DNA of 64,000 bases from Hyphomonadaceae bacterium (lineage in GTDB: Bacteria > Pseudomonadota > Alphaproteobacteria > Caulobacterales > Hyphomonadaceae): NCBI GenBank assembly GCA_965262255.1, contig OZ253505.1:3177406-3241405 (forward strand), given 5' to 3'. Positions 58,048-64,000 of the stretch are shown piece after piece (position 1 is the stretch's first letter; every line of letters begins with the position of its first letter). The translations under genes and the position numbers were made by a program. A model generated the notes under the pieces. The model was not told the DNA's origin, searched no databases, and saw only the letters and a list, made by a program, of their open reading frames with translations.

Positions 58048-58213
58048 ATGGGGGTTTCAGTGTTCGTTCTCATTTTACTTACTCCATTGCGGGTTCAACC
58101 GGTGCAATCTATGTTGTCAAGATTTTAGCCAAAAGTCCATTTTCTCAAACGTGTTTGCGGCATTAAGCGGTGTTTTGCGAGCCGTTCACCGTTGACTTGG
58201 TTAAATTCTGCAC

Positions 58214-59182
58214 TCAAGATAAATCGAAAGGCGTGAAATTGCAACTGTTAAGAAGTTTAGTCATTCGGCTCAATTTTGGTTCTTGGGAAGATTCTTTGAG
58301 TCTACGAATGCACTCTTTCAACAATGTGTCAAGCGGTTGCCTGCAATCTATCGATGTCTGGTTTAAAGGGCTAGCGTTCCTCTTAATCCGTGTATGCAAC
58401 GCTATATGGCCAACTTGTTTTGTGACATTCTCTAGATGTTCCAGTTGCTTCTTTACTGCATTGTTCGGCCAATGCGCAGCAACAGATTTGAAATCAATCT
58501 CATCAAACAGAGGGGGAACGTGATCAATAATAGCGCGAGTCAACATCGCACAGGAGTAGTAGTTTCCTGACGCAAATGCGAAATTGAGCTCTTCGCAACA
58601 TCGGACAAGTTTGTTAGTATCGCAGTCATCGGTACTTTGAGCCATAAGAGAAGCAATTACTTGCTTGTTCACGAACTCGGTAGAATGAAGCACGTGCGGT
58701 TGGGCAGAAATCGGAAACCGTAATGCCGAGGCAGTATTTCTTATAAGCTCCGTCATTTCGAAAATATAATCTTCGGAATAGCCGATTAGCGGAAAGGATA
58801 TCAACGAAAAGACTCTTCTTTTCAAGTGAGATAAGGTCGGATTACTAATTCGAAGCCTTAGTGAAGCCAATTCGTCGGCTTCAGCAAAAAGCGCTTTTGC
58901 TTTGGCAGCAATTTCTGCGGGAAGTATCCGATGTCTTCCCCTTTGTTCGAACTTTGTCTTGATGACTTCCAGTTGATCAACGATGTAGCGAAGTTCTTCT
59001 TCGATAGTCTGCCCATTAGCGCTATCTGCAATCCATTGCTTTGCCAACTTTGCTTGAACAGGCGTAAAACTGTTCGTTTTGAGCTTATACTCGACTTCTT
59101 TGACCCCTATCTCTTTCAGGCGATGCAAAAATTTCCTGCGTTTCTCCGGAGTTTCACATTCAAAGGGAAACTGACCATTCAT
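58214..59182 (-). CDS. Hypothetical protein between the two methyltransferase genes
   Basis: A long ORF with no competing frame. I recognised no family motif. Confidence 0.5.
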   Translation of the reverse strand: MNGQFPFECETPEKRRKFLHRLKEIGVKEVEYKLKTNSFTPVQAKLAKQWIADSANGQTIEEELRYIVDQLEVIKTKFEQRGRHRILPAEIAAKAKALFAEADELASLRLRISNPTLSHLKRRVFSLISFPLIGYSEDYIFEMTELIRNTASALRFPISAQPHVLHSTEFVNKQVIASLMAQSTDDCDTNKLVRCCEELNFAFASGNYYSCAMLTRAIIDHVPPLFDEIDFKSVAAHWPNNAVKKQLEHLENVTKQVGHIALHTRIKRNASPLNQTSIDCRQPLDTLLKECIRRLKESSQEPKLSRMTKLLNSCNFTPFDLS

Positions 59183-59410
59183 CTGAAAAAATTCCTATGA
59201 CTGAGTTGTGCTGTCGAATTCAATATGTGAATTCTAGGTCAATAGTCAAGGTTGTCGACGATATTTAGAAGCCAAAATTTTGAGTGAACGTCTAGATTAA
59301 GAGACCTTCGGGGAAGATTGTAGAGAGTCCGGCCTGATATCGGTAGATCATTACACTACCCCGATAAACTCAAAAGGATATAGTCAAACATAGATTTGAG
59401 GAAGATTATG

Positions 59411-59512
59411 TATTGGTTCATTGACTATGCAATCTAGGTCTTTTTGAACAAAAGGGGAAGATCGACCAATGCCGTACGAAACATTAATCACCTATAGAGG
59501 GGTTCTTCCCAA
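59411..59512. repeat. Hairpin repeat family, copy g
   Basis: tattggttcattgactatgcaatctaggtc...ggggaagatcg...ggggttcttccc. Confidence 0.8.
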
Positions 59513-59858
59513 GTGTCAATCTACGGTATTCTCACAGACTGTCGCCAAGCGATAGTTGAATGGCATACAAATAAACTTTCTAATTTTCTCTTTCGTCTCA
59601 AACCTTTCCGTACTGAATGTCTGAAGGCGAAGCAAAGGGATTCGGAAAAGATCGGCAAGTTTACGAGCAAGTATCGCGGATTGGTGTCGATTTGTCGTTG
59701 AAAGATACAAGATTGGGCAATGTGATAGTTGTACAGTCCAGCAACCTGTGCGAGGGATCTTGATTGATTCGGAGGTGGAGCATTTCTCCAATACTTATTG
59801 AAGAAGTAGAAGCCAGCACACCAAATTTCATGAGAGTTGATTCCCTGAATTGTAGAAG

Positions 59859-61283
59859 TTAGATATACTTTGACACGGTTAAGTCAAAGTCGTTCCTCGC
59901 AATTTTCTCGTTGGGTACCAAGGATGAATATTTCGCTCTTGTCTCTTGGTTGAGGTATGTTGAGACTATCTGGTTGACGTGTTTATACTCACCATCAATC
60001 GATGTATCTAAATTTTCGAAACTTTTGTTGCCATCAATAAACATGACGCCAAATTTGTTGGCATTCTTACAGTCCCTTTCCCGGGATCGATCTATTACAA
60101 GAATCTTCGCGGGCTGTCGGTTAAACATCTTCTGTGCTGGGATACTGATGACTGCATCAACCAAATTACTTGAAAGAAGGTCTTTTCGCCACAATCGTTC
60201 CGGCTCACCTAGTGATAGCATTTTGGTTGGAATGACAACAACCAATTTACCTTCTTTCGGTTTTGTAAGCTTGAACAGAGTATCTACGCACAAAAGGTGT
60301 CCTGTCGAACTGCGCTGTAGTTGCTTCCATTGTTGTTCGTAATCCTTCGGGGGAGAAGCTACGTTTATATTGGCGACAGATCCTATATCCAGTTTACTCG
60401 TTGGAGGATCAGCTATTACACGGTCGTACTGCCGCATGAGTATATCTTGGCTGAAAAAGGATGTTGCTAAACTGTCGTTATCAGCGATTAGCGAGTCTTC
60501 AATTTCATTTATCATCAGATTCATCCGTGCGATTGCCTGAACAGCGCTATCTTTTTCTTGACCGAAAAGCCGACATTGATCTTTACCCACCTCTTGAGAT
60601 ATTCGGACGAGCATAGACCCAGTTCCGCAGAAAGGATCGCAAATAGTATCTCCTTTATTTGGAGTTGCTAGTTTCGCCATAAGAGTCGCGATATCGTCGT
60701 GAGTATAGTATCGATTCGGAATCTTGCCTAGGCTAGAATAGTATCGAGAGATTAAGTGAAGGAAAGTTTCTCCTAAATCAAAATCAGAGGATTGCGACGG
60801 ACGCATATCCAAAGCTGCGACATTGAATTCACTGAGTAGCCCATTAAGATCATCAGAATAAGCTGAGTGTGGGGTGAAATACTCTTTTCTTGATGAAACG
60901 ATTTGTTCAAACGTTCCAGCCAATCTGCGGCTGTTCGTTTCGGACAGACTTTTAAAGGTTTTACGCACTAGAGTGGTCAAGCCGGGGTATCTAAGTCTGG
61001 AAACGACATCATAGAATGACGTTTTCTCGGGTAGTACGAAACGTGACTGCGCGAGTTTTAGATTCCTCTTAGCAACGCTATCGAGGTTTTTGGCACGTTC
61101 AACGTCCTCTCGCCAGATATCCGATATGTATTTCCAGAATAGGACCACAAGAGACATCTCGTAGGGGCGTTCGTAGCAGCCGAAACCTTTGCTCTTAGCG
61201 TTAGCACGGTTAGCGGCTTTGACAAAGCGTTGGAATTTTTCGTTCTGTATCATAGGTTGTTTCGTCATGTTTTCTTCCGACAA
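59859..61283 (-). CDS. HsdM-like (gamma-class N6-adenine) DNA methyltransferase with an atypical motif IV
   Basis: YYTHDDIATLMAKLATP..ICDPFCGTGSMLV is motif I. FGQEKDSAVQAIARMNLMINEI is present. Motif IV reads VIADPPTS instead of NPPF/Y. Confidence 0.7.
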   Translation of the reverse strand: MSEENMTKQPMIQNEKFQRFVKAANRANAKSKGFGCYERPYEMSLVVLFWKYISDIWREDVERAKNLDSVAKRNLKLAQSRFVLPEKTSFYDVVSRLRYPGLTTLVRKTFKSLSETNSRRLAGTFEQIVSSRKEYFTPHSAYSDDLNGLLSEFNVAALDMRPSQSSDFDLGETFLHLISRYYSSLGKIPNRYYTHDDIATLMAKLATPNKGDTICDPFCGTGSMLVRISQEVGKDQCRLFGQEKDSAVQAIARMNLMINEIEDSLIADNDSLATSFFSQDILMRQYDRVIADPPTSKLDIGSVANINVASPPKDYEQQWKQLQRSSTGHLLCVDTLFKLTKPKEGKLVVVIPTKMLSLGEPERLWRKDLLSSNLVDAVISIPAQKMFNRQPAKILVIDRSRERDCKNANKFGVMFIDGNKSFENLDTSIDGEYKHVNQIVSTYLNQETRAKYSSLVPNEKIARNDFDLTVSKYI

Positions 61284-61642
61284 TTGGAGTGAAGCCGTAT
61301 AGTATCACTGAGAAAGCAGGAGGATCAGTCATAGCATAACAGTTATCGTAACATTCTCGGTAAATAATTCGAGACTGTTGCATAATATCGTCACCGGGAG
61401 AGAATCTATAAAAATGTGTAGATTCTTGACCCTGTTGGAGCCGAGTTTGTATGTTTTGGAATGTGAATCTGGAACAAATTTACGACATATATGTTGATCG
61501 TCGTCATTATTCAACAGTCTCAATTCAGATTTATCTTAGGCGTATAGAGCAAATCACGGGCAAGTTGATTCTATAGAAGTACACGGGAATTCCCTAGAAG
61601 AAATTGAGAATTGTTAGACTTGTTTCATTTACTGTATAGGAG

Positions 61643-62617
61643 ATGAGCATGCCTGCACCTCTGAGTTTAGATATCCGCCTACGAGTGCTCCTGAAGCGCG
61701 CAGGGGGAAACTAACGTCAAGATTTCCGAAGAGTTGTCTATATCGGTTGCCAGTGTCAATCGAATACTGAAATTACAAAAAGACACAGGAAGTGTCGAAC
61801 CGAAGCCAAGGGGGAGAGAGAGCGGCGTTCGCCAGAGATTGAAGTCTATAACAAGGACAGCATAGGAATCCTAAAGGCGAAGAAAGATGCAACTATAGTG
61901 GAGATTGACAGAAAGCTGGCAAGGAGATGTGGTCGAAAAGCAAGAGTTAGTTATTCAGCAATTTAATGCTTTTTCAAGCAGACACGGTTATACTAGGAAG
62001 AAGAAAACGGAGCATGCCTTAGAACAATAACGTCAGGAACTAGCGAAGGAAAGAGCGAATTTCATTGACAAATATACCGAATCAGTGCGCACTTTTTTCA
62101 TTCATGAGACGGGGGTTTCTACCAATATGACGCGTTCGCAGGGTCGTTATACAGGTTGGCGAGAGATTTACAAAGGCTGTCCCACACGGTCATCGGGTTA
62201 ACTTATTTTGTGTCGCCGCAATCTCTAACGAGAAGATAGTATCGAGTTGGACATTAAAAGGAGCAATGAATACAAAGAAATTTGTGCGTTGGATCAAATA
62301 CGGACTTGCCAAATATTTGAAACCAGCGGTATAAATTAGTTATGGATAACCTGTCCGTTCACAACACTAAACCAGTGCGAGAAGATATCGAACAAACAGG
62401 AGCAAGATTAGTCTTCTTACCACCTTATAGTACGGACTTCTATCCAATCGAATAAGCTTTTGCCAAACTAAAGGCATTGCTTCGAAAGGTTGAAAAACGA
62501 ACGATACCAACCTTAAAACAACAGATAAGGCGTATCTTTATTAAAATTTTGCCTGAAAAGTGCGAAGGTTACTTTCGACACCGTTATAACGAAATGATTA
62601 AATGCCGAGACGAATAG
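61643..62617 (+). pseudogene. IS630-family transposase, multiply disrupted
   Basis: MSMPAPLSLDIRLRV...*...; later VMDNLSVHNTKPVREDIEQTGARLVFLPPYSTDFYPIE*AFAKLKALLRK. There are many stops and frame changes. Confidence 0.85.
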
Positions 62618-62689
62618 TATAAAGCTTTGCAAGAAAAACAAATTGTATCGACTTGAGAGTTTTTTGCTCTAATGATGCAGGATAAGTGA

Positions 62690-62790
62690 AATTGCGCGTA
62701 TCAGGCATTGGTCGCGATGCTGCCGTTCTTACCGCCGTCGGAATTGACCGAGAAGGTCGTCGCAGTATTCACGGGGTATCTGTCTAGTTG
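62690..62790 (+). pseudogene. Short IS256-family transposase fragment
   Basis: GIGRDAAVLTAVGIDREGRRSIHGVSV* matches the avl.AiGv..eGrR.iLG block. Confidence 0.4.
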
Positions 62791-63130
62791 ACGGACGTAT
62801 CTTTATACTGATCAAATGACATCAATTGTCGTTTTTTTTGATTAGAGCAATAGTCTTTCAAATAGACACTCTCTTTGTTTTTTGCCTTTCATAGTGATCT
62901 TCCGTACAAGCGGTGCAGGCATAGTGTTCTCCTGTATAGAAAGCCAAACGAGTTTAACAATTCTTTACTTATTCTGTGAAATTCCCCGACAGTTTGTGAG
63001 TGTCTACTTGATCGGTTTTTGCTCTAATTCCGAGTGTGTTATGTATCCAGAAACCAGACCGCAGTTTTTGGCAGTTATGGTTTCATATTTGTCTGCGCTT
63101 GAACAGCATCCCGCATTTGAAACTGGTGGG

Positions 63131-63988
63131 TCAACCAATAGTTTTTCGCCAGATTACCTCTGCGAATCCTGTGATTAATTGATTATGATCAACATGTTCA
63201 TGCACACTATTCGTAAGGTTGTGTCCTTCGAGTACTAATTCAATTTGCTTACATAGCCAAACTAGAGCTTTGTTGTTTACTCTTTCGACGGTTGGTCGAA
63301 ACTCCGAATAACTTTTCCTAAGAGCAATCACCGCTTCGTCGTGTACTTCAAATTCTTTCTCTAAACTACGAGATCCATCAAAGTTACCGAAAATGAAAGA
63401 ATTTACACCGCATAGATTTACAAAATCCTCGTAAACTGTGAGATTCTGAATATCTGGCAAGTAATTCACGTCGTTGAAAAGGACTTTGTTGGGAAATAGG
63501 AATCGGTTTAGTTCCAGAGATGTCTCACCTGTTTCTTGAATACGCGCTGTTCGAAGAGTTTCCAATCGATGTTCCCACCTGTACCCTACTCCGAACTGGC
63601 CCTTGATTACGGGGATGATACTGAAATCTTCCTTGGAACGAAAAATTTCAGATAACTCCTTTACGATTGAACTAGCATTAGTGAACCACTTCGTCCATTC
63701 AGAAAATTCAGTGAAGGGAAGCTGAATAACATGCCTCGTATGGAATTCGATGTTTGGTTCATATTCTGATCTTATTACTTTGGCATGTGGAACCAACCTA
63801 TTCAAAGCTTTTTCGATATTTTGTTGTCGGTCATCTAGATAGGAATTAAAATCGTTGACAGCTTTCTGGAACCGTATCGAAAATGCTCGATCGTGTGAAT
63901 CGTCGGAAATTTCAATAAGTTGCCTTAGAGGGTTCGATCCGATACGATTGGCTTCCAGTGCGACTTTCCTAATTGTATCGAGAAACAT
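63131..63988 (-). CDS. Hypothetical protein
   Basis: A long uninterrupted ORF. I recognised no family motif. Confidence 0.45.
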   Translation of the reverse strand: MFLDTIRKVALEANRIGSNPLRQLIEISDDSHDRAFSIRFQKAVNDFNSYLDDRQQNIEKALNRLVPHAKVIRSEYEPNIEFHTRHVIQLPFTEFSEWTKWFTNASSIVKELSEIFRSKEDFSIIPVIKGQFGVGYRWEHRLETLRTARIQETGETSLELNRFLFPNKVLFNDVNYLPDIQNLTVYEDFVNLCGVNSFIFGNFDGSRSLEKEFEVHDEAVIALRKSYSEFRPTVERVNNKALVWLCKQIELVLEGHNLTNSVHEHVDHNQLITGFAEVIWRKTIG

Positions 63989-64000
63989 ATTAATGTTGAC

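Noticed and set aside
62882-63178. 98-aa plus-strand ORF
   Set aside because: It overlaps the 3' end of the 285-aa minus-strand ORF, contains an IS630-like ttgctctaat end motif, and has a Cys- and Phe-rich low-complexity composition.

Overview
This window is an IS-ridden accessory region with the character of a defence island, possibly inside a decayed conjugative element. I made no taxon call. All calls come from reading the supplied translations and DNA by eye, and no database search was run. At least six IS families are present: IS630, IS256, IS481, IS1595, IS1380 and an rve-type IS. Many copies are truncated, nested or pseudogenised. The IS elements separate a dense set of immunity-type and toxin-type modules. 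(1) A GNAT plus XRE-HTH pair. (2) A RES toxin with an Xre/DUF2384 antitoxin. (3) A 2141-aa nuclease-STAND NTPase-helical repeat giant (Avs-like) with a conserved overlapping small ORF, and a second decayed copy of that locus. (4) An XRE-HTH/chagasin-like inhibitor fusion tightly coupled to a leaderless papain-like C1 peptidase. This is my top candidate for an undescribed system. (5) A Type III-like res/mod pair in which res is broken at a G11 tract. (6) A KAP P-loop NTPase. (7) A RelA/SpoT-like nucleotidyltransferase fused to a roughly 750-aa helical domain, interrupted by one in-frame TAA. (8) Two TIR proteins, one in an ATGA-coupled operon with an unknown 260-aa partner. (9) A beta-class MTase-HNH fusion with a C9 tract in its 5' end, next to an HsdM-like MTase. 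Also present are MBL-fold proteins, a gp37/DUF5131 protein, secreted ankyrin-repeat proteins, a hairpin repeat family and unusual G/C homopolymer expansions. I found no rRNA, intact tRNA or CRISPR array.
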